A stretch of DNA of 64,000 nucleotides from Vicugna vicugna. Taxonomy: Eukaryota. The stretch lies in the NCBI GenBank assembly GCA_013265495.1, contig MU058636.1:1240001-1304000 (forward strand), in the 5' to 3' direction. This document shows, piece by piece, positions 49,029 to 63,450 of the stretch (positions are counted from its first letter, which is position 1; every line of letters starts with the position of its first letter). The notes below the pieces were generated by a model. It was not told the DNA's origin and made no database searches. It saw only the letters and a list, made by a program, of their open reading frames with translations. Position numbers and translations under genes: made by a program.

Positions 49029-51690
49029 CTACAAAGTGAAAAACAGACATCTCAGTTTTTATAGTATTTTCACAACATTGTCACACTTGTATGTACATTA
49101 CAGAGAAATCCTTAAAAGAGTCATCTTGTTCCCTGTAATTACCTAACATTACTGAAAGAAAATAAAGGATGATAGTGAAGAATGGGGGCTTTTGATGATA
49201 TGACAAAACACTGGTTTGCAGGAATTTTCTCATGGGACTAAAGCCTGGATCAAGGAACTACCTCATACCTTCTCCTTTTCCTGACTAACAGAGGAAAGCC
49301 CCTGCTGTGTCCCGTAGTCTAATGGAGCGCAACCTCGGGGAGATGAAACTCTGTGAGATTAAATATGCATCTATTGAGTGACCCAACAATTCTCCAGACG
49401 CATATACCTGAAAAACCCCCACACAGAATTAAAGGTGACGAGAGCGCTTGCTGAAGCACCACGATGACTGCACGCTGACCGCAGTCCACGTGGTCTGTGA
49501 ACGGCAGCGGGCTACGTGGCAGGCAGAGCCAGTGAGCTAGGTTCACACACAAAAACATGGACAGCTCTCAAAAACATAATACTGAATAAAGAAAAGAAAA
49601 AAACGGGATCACCACATACACACAAAACAGCAAATATTACTTATCTGCAAAGTACACGTGAAAACACACGTGAGTAGGGGCTGGAAAAGGGCTGGGCGGA
49701 CAATCGAGGGTGAAGGATCAGAAGGAAAAAATAAAATGAAACCCGACTGAAGAAGGGCCTGGCTCTGACAATAACTGTGTGGCATGGTCTCAGGAGTCCC
49801 ATCAACTCAGTTCTGCGCAGCTGGGGTCCCGGAAGGAAAGGGCGGGGGCACGAAGGCCCGGGCGCTAGTACAAACTAGTAAATGGACTCGAGATGTAGTT
49901 CCACAGGGAAGTAAAAGCAATTCTGAAAACACAAGAGCTCTGCATAACTTTACTTGGAAGTTCCCAAGAAAACATACTCCCAGCAGAGATAACTGCTTCT
50001 ACCCACAGAACAGCTGCAGACAAGACGACACACACCACGCCCGGGGGAGGGCACAGCCAGGGTCATGGCCCCGGGGTCCAGGAGTCGCCCGGCTGCTTCC
50101 AAACCTGGGAGGCTCAGACCTCGGCCAGAAAGCCCCTCCTCACCTTCCTGCCAGGCCAGGCCTGCAAATAGGCACTGATGAAAGGGAGGCGTGGGGTGGT
50201 GGTCAAGCTCCAGCAGAACAAGACGCTTCCTCTGACACCCTCCAGCCTCCCAGCACTTGCATATGTATGACACTGCCTTTATTTCTGTAATTTAGTAGTT
50301 GCAGTTAGGCCTTCTGTAAAACCTTGATGCAATCACTGGTTTGCAGATACTATTTATTTCTAAAGCTGGCTATCCATGAACTGTTTCCTAAACAACGTCA
50401 AATTCAATTATCACAGCAACTTCAACATCCACTGAATGGAACCACCCTGGTGGGAACGCTACACGCCCACTTCCATCCCTGCCAGCTCAAGTCTCTTCTC
50501 ACAAACTTCCTCACATACGTTGAAAACTATCACTAAGCCAGATGCAAGAATTCAGACTGATATCAGCATATTCAAGTGAGTCTAACTCTGTCCCCACAAA
50601 ACAAGATGAAAATGTTTACCATCCAAAGCACAACCCTGTACATCTATCTACTTGGAACAATAAAAAAAAACCAGTACAGATACTTGCAGAAAGCATTTCT
50701 GGCCCTTAGGATGAACCAGGAACAGAACGCCACGTGAACACCCTCCAGTGTGGCAGTGTGACACCAATCGCACGGCACACACCGTGTGCTCCAGTCACCC
50801 CAGATGTCCACCTGCCCCCCTACCCGCTCCCAGGCACTGCTCAGAAAGCCCTTCCCCTCCTCAGAGCGGGACTGGCTCAGGGTCCTAAGTGTGAAAGGGA
50901 AATGTCACCAACACTGAGCCTGACCCTGGCCGTGCCACTAACCAGCTGTGATAACCTGAGACAAAGACTTCTCCCTCGGGACTCTGGCTAGCCAAACACA
51001 AGATCTCAGTACCTACGTACCTCCCAACCCCACAAATCCAGCAATATGTGAATCTACTGGCTCTTCCAACCTGATTCAAACAGTAAGGTAAGATGCCGCA
51101 CAGTCTATGAAAGATCAGGCAGTAACAAAGTTCCGACTGCAAGTTAGTGCAGTGTTACATCCTTGGAAACACAGGGCTTTGCAGGCCACGGACTAAGTGC
51201 CTCTCGAAACCTCCCCAGCACAATTCTTAGAAAGCTGAGGAATGCAACGCTTCTTTTTCATGCCAAAAATAATCACCCAAGTGAAAGAAAAGAAAGCTGA
51301 GATGATAAGGGTACCTTTATTTATCGATAAGGGGATCTGCTGTCTTGAAGAGACCATCTGCAAACAGGAAAAAAGGAAACCACTTGGGAGATCAAATCAC
51401 ATCCACACAGTCGGCCACGGAAAACGCACCGACTGCCCTGCACGCTGCCACCACGAGGAAGGAACAATTACACAAAAGCAAACCGACACCCAGGAATGTC
51501 TTCAGGACAGTAAATTACGGAAACCTCCACAAACTAATCATGGTGAAAACGGTATCTGGAAAGACGTATCATTCTGAGAAGCTAATTATGTTCAGTATCT
51601 GCCGTTTAAGAAAACAGAGAACTTAATACATTTTAGCAAGGAATTAAAAAGATGAACATTGTCACCTAGAAAATGGACTTATCAAGAATA

Positions 51691-51985
51691 CAGCTGTCCC
51701 TTGGTATCTGCGGGGAACTGGTTCCAGGGCCTCCAGAGATAGGAGAATCCAAGGATGCGCAAGTGCCTTATACAAAATGGAGCAGTACCAGCACATAACC
51801 TACGCACGACCGCACGGACACTTTACACCATCTCTAAATTACTTATAATACTAATGCAATGCCAACGCTATGTACATAGTTGCTAGCAGGTAGCAAATTC
51901 AAGTTTTGCTTTTTGGAACTTTCTGGAATTTTTCCCCCAAATATTTTCAATCCTCAGATGTGGAACCCACAGATATGGAGGGCTG
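51691..51985. mobile_element. MER2 (Tigger-family) DNA transposon
   Basis: TA-CAGCTGTCCCTTGGTATCTGCGGGGAACTGGTTCCAGG...GGAACCCACAGATATGGAGGGC. Confidence 0.8.
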
Positions 51986-54619
51986 GAACTTCCTTCTTTA
52001 TACTATATAGTTAAAGATCTTTGTACCAGATAATTTATATTTAATACAAATATGAGAAAATACATTTTTCCCACTTTTGTGTTTCCAGTCATATCTTAGA
52101 ATCTAGCATTTATCATTCCAAGTTTAGTAACGCAAAGGGTCAGGTCAGGTCAGTGCCTGAAGGAGAACTGCCAAAACAGACAGGAAAGGCTTCCTGAAGA
52201 TCAAAGAAGCAAGTGATCTTAGTAAATTAAGAAAGTTCTGGAGGCACAGGAAGAGCCGATGTGAGGATGTGGACACAACGAGGAGGAAGTGGACTTGAGC
52301 CGTGAAAGGACGAATCCAAGGAAAGAAGGTGTGAGAAAGCAGCTTCTATCTCCTGAACATGAGAACGGAGAAGAGGAGGCTGAGTGCCCACGTGCTCCCC
52401 TGGAAGACGGCGCAGCCCTGAAACCCTACCAGAGACAACCAACGTTTTCATGAAAAAAACAAACTATTTGCATACCCTCAGTTTCAGGCATCACAAAAAA
52501 AGTCTCAAAGCAGTCCTTCAGAAAAGGTGCAATTCAGCAGGTACCTGAGCACCTTCTGTCCAGCCCTGTGCGAGAAGTTGCAGACCATGTCGCACCTGCT
52601 TGTGGGTGGCGGGGTCAGTTCAGTGGGTCACAGCTACCGCTTTCTTTTCCAGTAAAACAGAACAGATCACAGTGCATCTCCCTACTAGGAGTAAACAACA
52701 GTTTGTGAAACTTTTGTACCAACATTTAAGTACACACATGTAGGCCTAGCTGTAAAACCTATTTCTCAATGTGGGTTGATAATTTTAAAAATTTTGATAT
52801 ACATTAAAAAAAGGTTTTAAAAAGAAAAAAATCTGCGAAGTCCTAAACCAACTGGGGAGTACACAGTGAAAAAACACTTCTTTTCATGATGACACAGAGG
52901 TAGAAACTATTAAAAAGTCAATGTACAGTTAGTTATACAGGAGAGAACACGCTGCACCAAAGTGTTCCCTCAGGATGTCAGAGAACCGGGGGGAAGGCTT
53001 TAGCACCAGATGGACTCAAAGAGCCAAGCCTTGATTTTCCTTCATGGCTATCTCCATCACTGCTTCTCGTGCTGGTGAAATTAGAGCCCTGAGGGGCAGA
53101 CTTGCCCACCCTCCCCCACCCCCGGCAGGCTAACTGTGCCCAGAGCCCGAGCTCCCGGCTGGTTCCAACCCCAGTGTCACTGCGCACCTTCCTCTCTGGC
53201 AAGGAGAGAGACTAAATTTGTGGCACCTGCTGAAAAATCTAACATGCTACAATTCTTAAAGAGTTAGAGGCAATACAGAGTCACATTCGAGGTTTGAACT
53301 GAGGGGAAGATATTTCACCCCTCTGAGCACTGGTCTTCTAATCTGCAAAACAGGGCAACCCCCCCCTCCCCTGCCCCCGGGGCCTGTTTCTGAAGGATGC
53401 AGAGAAGACGTCCGAGAAGCCCTGCACAGAGAGCACTAAACAGCAGTTCCTTTGCCCCTTCTCACCTCACCTTCAGGTGAAACTCCTAAAGGAACTGAGG
53501 AGGTATCTGGGGGTTCCACACGGACGTGTAGTCACTCTGAGGATCTCAGGCCCTCGACAGTGGCCTCCCCTGGTCTTAAGTCAACCACTGGAGTTCACAC
53601 GTGCTCCACAGAAAGGACTGGCCTGAACCTAACACTGCAGGCGCCACCGCCTGAGCACAGGGGCTGCGAACGCTTGCTGAGAATCAAAGGCCAACACAAT
53701 GCATGGTGCCAACACCACAGCACGCAGCGGGGCAGTCTCCAGCACCAACGCGCACGGCAGACTGAACCGCCATCTCTGTTGAAATGAGATCCAGACAACC
53801 CCTTACAGAGCTCTGATCACCATGCTCCTGGGGCCCCGCCTCTGGTGTCAGGTCTTCTCAAAGCCACCAGCACGAGCTCCTCAGGAGAAGCCACACCCAC
53901 TCACTTTCCAGCAGTGCGTGTGCACCCGCCCCCCTGCCCCTCAAATCTTCAACTCACGAAGGAAGACTTCTGGCAAGTTTCTGAAGTTTTCAAGAACAGA
54001 ATTCTTCCCAGAAGAAATTAAAGTAGCTGACTTTCTCCTTCAGATGCCACCTGGGGAGCATATACGTGACATACCGCGTATGTACAAGTCCCCCCGCCCC
54101 GAGCAACTCAGGAAAACGAGCTTCTGCGACTCGTCACTGGCCGAAGACTGAAAATCTACACTCAGGAGACAGCACTCACGTAATCCTTTCCACCTGATGG
54201 TAAGACATACACAAACACGCCATGTAAGAAACAAGCTGAGCAGCCAGTTCCGCGTCTGCATCACTGTTAGACATCAATGACCAAACCCAAAACAGGAATC
54301 TAATTCTCACCTTCCAAAATGCAAATGTCCACTATCAGACGTGTTAAAAGCTACAATCTTCAAATTACTGACCTAATATCTCCAATGAAAAGTTTGATTA
54401 TGTAATTCATGGCTAAATACATTACTTATAGAGACTATTTATATGGAGAGAATAGAAGAAGATACAGATTCACTTTAGATCTTCTAACGCAGTCGGGGAC
54501 TGAGAAAGTGCTGGCCCTGACGGGGAGCCCGGCACAAAGCGGAAGCTCCAGGGTCAGCCCTTCCACCAAACCAGTCACTGAAATCTCCATCAGCACCGAC
54601 GACTCCAGAGCACTTACAA

Positions 54620-55690
54620 GCGGGGCTGTAAGACTCTTCCAAACAATTAAGGGGCAGTGAGCACTTTCCAAGTCATTTTGTGAAACCAGCGTTACCCTGA
54701 CACTGAAGCCAGACCAAGACACTCTAAGAAAACTACAGATCAATATTCCTTATGAATATAGATGCAAAACCACAATAAAACACTAGCAAACCAAATTCAG
54801 CAACATGTTAAGAGGATGACTGACCCTGACCCAGAGGGATAAATACCCAGAATAAAGGACGTCTACAACTCCAGAACAAAAAGACCATCCAGTTAAAAAC
54901 CAGGCAGATGACCTGAACTGTCACTTCTCCAAAGAAGATACACAAATGGCAAATAAGCGCATTTAAAGATGCTCAGTATTACTGCTCACTAGGAAACTGC
55001 AAATCGAAATCACGAGGTACCACTCCACGCCCACCTGCAAGGCTAGGATCAAGAGAAAAAGGAAAGCAACAAGTGTCGGTGAGGAGGCGAAGAAGTCTGG
55101 TGGCTCCGCAAAAACTTCTAGACCGAGTTACCACACGGTTCAACCATTTCGATCCTAGGTTTACCTCCACAAGATCTGGAAACAGGAAGTCAGACACCTG
55201 TATGGCAAGGTTCACGGCAGCCGTACTCGTGACAGCCGAGAGGTGGAAACAACTCCAAACGTCCATCAAGAGAGGAATGGACCAACAGAACGTGGAGCGA
55301 CAACAGGATGTCATTCAGCCGTACGAAGAAACGAAGTGCCGACACACGTTACAGCACAGGCGAGCGCTGACACGCTGCTCAGTGGAACTCACCAGACACA
55401 AGGGGACAAACAACGCACGATTCCACTGACATGAGACATCCGCAGCAGGCAAATGCATGCAAGACCGAAAGCAGGTCAGGGGAAAGCACACTCTGCAGAC
55501 AGGCAGGAAGGGGGAGTTACTGCTGAACAGCTACGCTGCTGGTTGGGGTGATGAAAGGGTTTGGAATTGGACAGTGATGACAGCTGCACACCGTGGGAAT
55601 GTAACTGATGTCACTGAAATGCACGCTAAAAAATTAGTTAAAATGGCAAATAAAGTCATATATTTTACCACAGTTTTTTTAAAAAAAGAA
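54620..55690 (+). mobile_element. L1MB-like fragment (ORF2 remnants plus 3' UTR)
   Basis: CTTATGAATATAGATGCAAAA; CACTTCTCCAAAGAAGATACACAAATGGCAAATAAGC; terminal TATATTTTACCACAG plus poly-A. Confidence 0.8.
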
Positions 55691-58600
55691 AAAGACCACA
55701 CGATCAAGGGTCAAGAAGGTTACACTGAGGCCCCAAGACAAGAATTAACAAATACGCTTACTTCCCCCCACCATCATCTTCCTAGAGAGCAAGTCAGTTG
55801 TTGAAATCCCTAATTTCTTGGGTGAAAAACAACCGCAGGGATCAGATACGGCCAGGAGCTGCTTATTCAGTATCACGAGCCCCCAAAGGTAAGTGAACCC
55901 TTGAAGCAAACGACACTTACATTCCATTCTTTGATTCAGTGAGCTACAACAGCGCAAAACACGGACACCAGAACAATTCCGGGAGGCCCTGAGTGCGGGC
56001 AAAGATCCCCTCCGCGGCTCAGGAGTGAGTGCTGTCCAGCTGCTGAAACAGCAAGAGGCGAATGACGCCCCATGTTCACGTGCGTGCGGATCTTCTTAAA
56101 GAAACTGCAGTGAGAGTCATCTTTTAAAATGAACACAGACTTACCTACTTTAAACAGAGCTGGAATACACCCTTCAGAACGCCAGAAGAAATCAATGTGG
56201 GATCCTGAGTTTGGTCACACTATAAAGGAGGACGGCAGGAAGGGGCAGGAGAGGCACTCGCGAGGTCGCGGGACAAGGCTGGGCTGCATCACCCTCGCAG
56301 GGGTGGCGGGGTGAGCCGGGGCCGGTCACTCTGACCAGCCTCGGATCCCTTGCCATCCGATGCAGGAGGACACCTACCCCACCCAGCTCACAGGTGTGGA
56401 AATAAACAGCGAGGCTGAAACTTCTCCAGAGCATCAAAGCACTTGGCAGAGGTGTCACCAGAAACATCGTTCACCAAAATTTTCCTAAGTGGTCATTTCA
56501 CCAAGCTGAGTGACAGACGGAAAATTCCAACAGAGAAGAGTGAAGTATGTTAAGTGTGCTTTGTTTTGAAAGCTACCCTGTAGGTGGAAGGAAAATACAC
56601 AGATCTTCATTCAAAAGTCTGAAGTGAGCTCCCTCTGGACAGCTGTAATTACTAAACAAGCATCAACTCCCTTTTGCAAGCCTTGTGTCAAGCTTTATTT
56701 AATGAATACTGCACGTGCACACACTGAAAACAAGGCACACCGGAGAGGGCAGAAAGTAGAACGTAAATGTCGTGTGCCGCTCCCTGCCTCGTTTCTTCCC
56801 CGAGACCCCGCTGCGAACAGCTCAGCTTCAGCTTTACATGGTTATTATCACAACGGTAAATAACCCACGTCAGTCAACAGCTCGTAAATCTGCTCGCTGG
56901 CACACAGACCACCCCCCGACTCTTCCACGTCACCTCCTAATTCTTACTACGAATTACTGAGTGTACTATCGTTTTAGGGTTCTGCTAATTCCATATTTAA
57001 ACCTCTGGCCAGATTTGCCAATGTCATACAGCACTTAATTCCCACTATGAAACCAAGTTTACTTTTTCTTCTGCCTCTCCTGTTCCTCCACATCCCAATC
57101 ACCCATTCACACGTTCGTGAACCGTAACACTTAACATTTGCTGATGTAACTACAACTAGATCTGCCCCGCTTTCTTCAAAAAACAAGAGCCCAGCAGAGA
57201 GGCACAGTAACATGCGCAAAGGAGCTTGACTGGGAAGCAGGTGGGGGGGCAGCACACCCTCCACATAAGACAAGGTTAGTTATGTGTGCGAAAACTTGAC
57301 CGCGAACTCTCAAAAAATAAAGAAAATGTCACCCCTCCCACAAAAAGCAGTACAGGAAAGCCAAAAAGAGAAAGAAAAAAGTGAAGGAACAGAAACGTGG
57401 CCCTCAGTCATTCAACTACAGCCACTTAACGGAGAATCAGCCACTTAAAGGAGAATCTTTCAAGCTTCTTCCTCTCTTTCAAGCTCTGGGTTGTCCCTCA
57501 ACGTCTGGAAACTCTTGCTTAGCTTCTGCTCGGGATTCCTCAGCACTGGTCCTGAAAGCACTGCTTCCAAGTTCTAAGGACGAGGCGGGCTGTGTGACGA
57601 GCCAGGCGGCAGCGGAACCAGGTGGCCGAGGGTGGCCCGAGTCTGCGGGGGCCCCAAGCCGTCCCACGCCAGGCCCCGCTCTCTCCACTCTCGACCCCAA
57701 AAGCCCATCAGCCTCTCAGATACAAGGTCAGCCACTTCCCGCAGAGACCACAACTCAGCTTGGGCCTGCAGGTAGAAACCCCGCAAGCCAGCCACTCCGA
57801 ACAGGAGAGAAGGCCCCACCGAGCCAGCTCCTGCAAACCAGCTGCCTCCATGGATTACCACGGTGACGGCACTCCAGCCACACCCCAGCCGAGAACGGCG
57901 GATTCCAAGGTCCAGCTCTCACGGGACTCTCTTGGGAGGACTCCAGTCAGCTATTCTGTTTATTGGTTCTTCTCCTTCCTGCCACTACTTTTCAATCCTC
58001 CAGGAATTCCTCAGAGAGATCTGGTCTGCTGGTAGCACCACTTACCCTCCAGTTCTGTTAGCGTCTAAGAATCTGAGCACAAACCACCAGCCACTACTCG
58101 CACGCAGACACATCTCTCTGTGTCTGCTCCCACAGACATTTCTGAAGAGGCGGCTGTGCATGTGCTCAGACTGGCTGGGGTCCTTTATAACAGATTTCGT
58201 ATAAAATAAGAGTTTTCATTTTAATAAGTATATTATTTAAAAGCAGTCTACTCTCCTCAGAACGTAAGTATTGTCTGAATCACAGAAAAAGCTTTGCTAA
58301 TACACACCTACCACAGTGGAAGGAGCACCTCTGGGGCTGAACCAGTCTCCCCGGGAACTCTGCCTGCACCAAAGGCAGGTCCACCCAGACCACTGCTCCC
58401 AGCAATGCTCTCCAACAGTGTCTCCTACGTATTGTATATAGAAATGTACAAGAAATGCAGATCAATTACCTATTTCAGAAAATTTTTTCAAATTTTATTC
58501 TAATTTATAAAAAATAATTTTATTAGTCATACATTACGGCTGAACCATATCCTCACACTCCAAACAAAAAGGACTACAGAAGCTGTTTTTGTAGGGCTTC

Positions 58601-60399
58601 TAAAGACCCCAGGACAGAACCTGGAGGGAGGCAATGTACTGGTAAGCACCGTGATCAACAGCAACTCAATTTCTAAAATTTCTTTATCACATTTGGTTTG
58701 CCACCTAGGCTCATCTTCCGTCATATTCTGAAACGGACAGAGGAAAGGGGGTGACTGGTGTCCCCTGCTCAATCCAACAGGAGGGAGAAGTCAGTCTCAC
58801 GACCCAGCGTGAGGTCACACACACCACAACGTCCAGGTACACGGCGCACTCTCGCCTCAGTCTCACAGAAGAGGGACTTCCTTTCTGTCCAGGTCCTATG
58901 AAGTCCGTCCTGTTACCAAAAATACTCTCACAATTACTTCATTTTGAACAACAGAGGGTTCCCTGGGAAGTGTGTGACCTGAAACAACCCCCATGAATGG
59001 TCATTCTAGACGCCTTCAGAGAAGAAGGAACTTGAACATGTTTATTAATTACGTCTAGAGATACGATCTCAGCATTGTACTCGATGGATGGAATAGCAAA
59101 CAAGCCTTTAAAGTCACTTTTCTACAGTAGAGAATAAGTTGGCATGAGCTCTTAGGTGGGGATGTTAACAAGCAAGCAGACACAAAACCAGTGGTCAACA
59201 TTATACAAGTAGAAATGCCACCTCAAGCCACAGTATCCACCAACACCATCAGAGACAGACCTCAAAGTGCTGCACGCAGGGATGCACTTACATGCAGGAG
59301 TGACGATGTGCTCTGACAATCAACCGAGATGCCACAGAAACAATCAGAACAAAACGCCGATGTTACAGACATCTATGGATAATCTGGAAAAACCTGCATC
59401 ATAAAATGAATGAAAACATTCTCTATTTTTTTATCCCAAATCTCTGTGTAACAAAATAGATAAATTAAATATAGGTAACTCTTTACTATTCCAGCTGAAT
59501 CCTTAAACATTTATATATTCAAACACTTAAATATTAAAGTCTATAAAACATATAAATCATAAAACCCCTGCTGCTTCACACGCAGGGCACAGCCAAACAC
59601 CAACATGTGCTGTGAGGAGCAAACCGGGGAGGGGGCACAGGAGACACGCTCCATCCTCCCCCACGCTGGGCAGGACGCCCCGCCCAGGTCCCAGAGCTCT
59701 GTTTTCACAGGGCCCCCCATCTAGAATTCAGGTGGAATTCCATCTAGAGTTCTCCCCACCGGAGACCTGAGCTACCGCGGAGCTAGGTTATCAGAGGACT
59801 GCTTCGCCAATTTACATGTTAAGCAAATTAGAGCAGTTATGAAAACACACAGAAAGTCAAAAGCCTCAGATCATGAAATCAACAAGGAATATTAATCAAA
59901 ACAAGTAATTTCTAATCCTTGTCATATCTCTACAGGCAATATAAGGCACAACTACATTATAATAGGTACCATTTCTTAAGTATCTATAATGGGCCAAGGA
60001 CCATACTAGGTACTTTACATACATGACCTATTTTATCTTCAAAACCTCAATTTTATAGATAAGAAAACTGAAATTAGCACTTAGAATCCTTAAAAGACGA
60101 GAAATTTAATTAATGCTATTCCTTCTTCATATGTAAATAAAGCAATATTTGGATATAACAAATTCATTTTAAAAGGTCTTAATTTGAAATTAAAAATTTT
60201 TCACTGCAAAATGTTCATTTGCTCTAACAGGAGATCAGATTTCACAATTATTTTCAAGTCAGCTGACTGACTATTCAACCAAAACAACATACTAAAATGA
60301 CAGATTACTACAGAACCTCAAAATCATACTACACAGAATTTCCCTAAAGCCTTTGATAGCTATTCCAATTAAAAAGGAAGAAGTTAACATTTAAAGAGG

Positions 60400-62640
60400 T
60401 TAAGAGGTGAAAAAAAAACTCTAACATTAAATTTGATTTGAGAATATTAATATGAACTATATTTTAAAATATAATTTCCTTGCTAAGTCCACTAGAAAAG
60501 CCTCAAACCATGACATCCCAGTAGCAATGAGCACACCTAGAGCCCATATCTTTGCTTCTAAACACCATTCCCCAATAAAAGGAACCAGGACGCATTAGAG
60601 AAGTGGTTGACTGCAGGGCCAAGGAAAGGAAAGTACAAGATGAACCTAAGTTATTCTATGTCAGAAAGTTAAAAAAAGCATTCAAAGAATGATGAAAACA
60701 TGACAAAGGGGAAGAAGGGGAAGTCTGAAGTTCACTGGCCACGTCAATCCGAGCATCAAGACTAATAATCATGATAATGGATCACAATCTACTGAACGAA
60801 ACAGAAGTCCATCCTGCCGTAAATGAACACATGAACAAACAGGTGGAATAGAGGGAAACCTCTCTGCTGCAGAATGCCAACTAGCACACGCAGAAGGAAT
60901 GACGTCCAAAGCTAGCAAGTGACGTTTGATGAGCCACGGATTTACTTCTATCCAAAGCATCTCTCCAAATATTACTGACAAAGTAAAACACAGAAGCTTG
61001 ATAGTGGAGAAACTCGGGGGAAAACCATAAACAAATGATCGAAGCTACCATGACCAGTATTAGAGCAAATCAAGACCGCCACGTGCTGCCCGGCTAGGAC
61101 GTGCGGCTTCTGTGGTGTTCCTGCTGAAAACACATGCCCTCAACCCAGTCACAAGGGTGTCAGCCAAACCCACACTGAGGAACGGCGCACAAACTGGCCT
61201 GTGCTCCTCAAGAACGTCAAGGTCGGTGAAGACCAACACAGGCTGAGGAACTAAAATAGACAACTGAATACACTGCGTGATAATCTTTAATTTGATATTG
61301 GTCACTACCAGGACAACTGCCTAATTTAAAAATGGACTATGGATTAGGGAACAGTACTGACTTTTTAAAAACTGTACTGTGTTTATGAATGAGAATATCT
61401 TTGCTCTTAGGAAATGCACGCTGAAGAATTCAAAAGTGGCCTGATTATGATCTCCAACTTACCCTCAAGTGGTTCGGGTAAGATCATGTGTCTGTATACA
61501 CACATACAAAACACATTGCACACTTGCCAAGCAAATTCAGCAAAATACAATCAGTGAATCTGAGAAAAGGGTATTTGGGAGTTCCCATACTTGCCACTTT
61601 TCTGTAAATTTGAAATCATGTCAAAAAGTCACAGTAGCAGCCAGAGAGGGCCTCTCACTGGCACAATCTAGAATAATCTGAGCATCAAAAAGAATGGTTG
61701 TAATTATCAAACCAACTGTACCTGATTATAACACTCAGGTAAAAACCCATCACGACATTCACAAAGACAAAAAGGGAGTAAAAGAATAATGAAGGAAGCA
61801 AAACGCACTGGGAGCACTGGTGGGGAGTGTCACAGGGACTCCTTATCCTGCACAGTAGTCACTGAAGGCTCAAACACTTACTCTGCCTTTTTAGGAAGAA
61901 CTATACCTCAGCTCCAGCTAACGAGGAGAAATTCTTTACAGAGAAATGCTTGCTAACAAACATGGACGGAATAACAGAATTGGAAAAATACCACTTTGCA
62001 AAACCCAAAGAAATAACTGAAACCGCCCTAACCATCAGTGTGTGTACTGGCGAACAGGACACTGGCAGGGCCAAATTCCTCCAATTACTTGGTAACTGCA
62101 AAGTGAAATTATTTCCCTTATAATAAAGAGAGCTGGTGGTTCCCACTTTAATTGAGTACTAAATTTGGCATCACCAACAGTGAGACAACTGCCATCACAT
62201 GTCACGTGACATGCTGCAATGTCATGTATGTAACATTTCCAAACTACTCCAGTCAAAAAATGTTTAACCTCAGTCTCATCAAGCCTTAAGATCTAACCTC
62301 TACTTTACAGGAAGTAAAGGGATGAAGGAGCAGGTTAAGAGAGACCACAAAGAAACAATCAGACAAATCCAGCACGGGTCATTATATGAGACAACCTATC
62401 TCGTCTGTTCAAAAAGTCAGGGTCATGGAGGAAAAAAAAAGAACTTGAGAGACTGTTCCAGATTTACAAGACTACACAGACATAACACCAAGTGTAAAGC
62501 AGGAACCCTGATCACATTGTCGTTCCAAAAAACAAAACACAGAAGACACTTTTAAAACAAGTGAGGTAACTGGAACGTGTTCTAAATATTAGACAATATT
62601 AGAAAACTGCCTGGACTTTTCTTGGGTGAGAAAATGGAGC
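60400..62640 (+). mobile_element. Old L1MC-type 3' UTR fragments
   Basis: CCCAGTAGCAATGAGCACACCTAG; AATAAAAGGAACCAGG; AACAGAATTGGAAAAATACCACTTTGCAA. A similar segment occurs at ~41570-41720. Confidence 0.55.
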
Positions 62641-63214
62641 TGTCAGGTAGACATGTGCCCTGACTCTCAGATGATCCACCATGGTCTGCCTACTTGGTCA
62701 TTCCTCAGAATCCAATTCCTTCATCAAATCTGTCTGGAACTTTTCATCTGAAGGTTAATTTTTTTTCACTAGGACCTAAATAAAGAAAGAAAGAAGTATA
62801 ACTCAAAACTGCAAAGAGAAGGCCCTCACTCCCCCGGGGGAAGCGCCCTGACGCATCAGGGTTTCCAGCCCGATTATTCCCAACATCAAGCCAGACCCGC
62901 TCTGGGCTGGTCGGACCTTCCGGTGTTTTTCCCTCCCCCTTCCCACTCACCCTGAAACTGCCTGACTTCTGACTGGGGGTTTCCACCCGCAGTAAGAAGG
63001 CAATGTGTAGACAAGTCAAGAGAGGTACTATGTCATTAAAGCTTACTTTGCTGGTACAGGGAATTCATAATTTGTGACTGAGTACACAGTCAGCCACGAA
63101 AATACAGGGCTCCTGGCAGACACGGACAGAGCTGAAGACGAGGACTAGCAGTTACAAGCCAGATCCCCGAGGCACACTATCTTATCTACTCCCAGTAACC
63201 TCAGAGCAGTGCTT

Positions 63215-63450
63215 CTGGACAAGCAGTTGAGTACCACAGTTATAAACAAAGACCATGGATCCAGACGTCAGGGATTTGAACCCCAGCTCTACCAGCTCAG
63301 TTTCTGTATGACACTGGGAAAACTTTGTAAGCTCTCTGCGCCTCAGTTTCCTCATCTACAAAGGTAACAGTTTCAACCTCACTGAGCTATTGTGAAAACT
63401 AAGTGAGTTACTCTGCGTAAAGGGCCAGAATGATGTCAAGCGTGTAGTAA
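63215..63450 (+). mobile_element. MIR
   Basis: GGGATTTGAACCCCAGCTCTACC...CTCTCTGCGCCTCAGTTTCCTCATCTACAAA. Confidence 0.75.

Noticed and set aside
56139..56146. Perfect minus-strand donor AG|GTAAGT in intron 1 (possible cryptic exon)
   Set aside because: No convincing paired acceptor or coding similarity; such motifs occur by chance in long introns.
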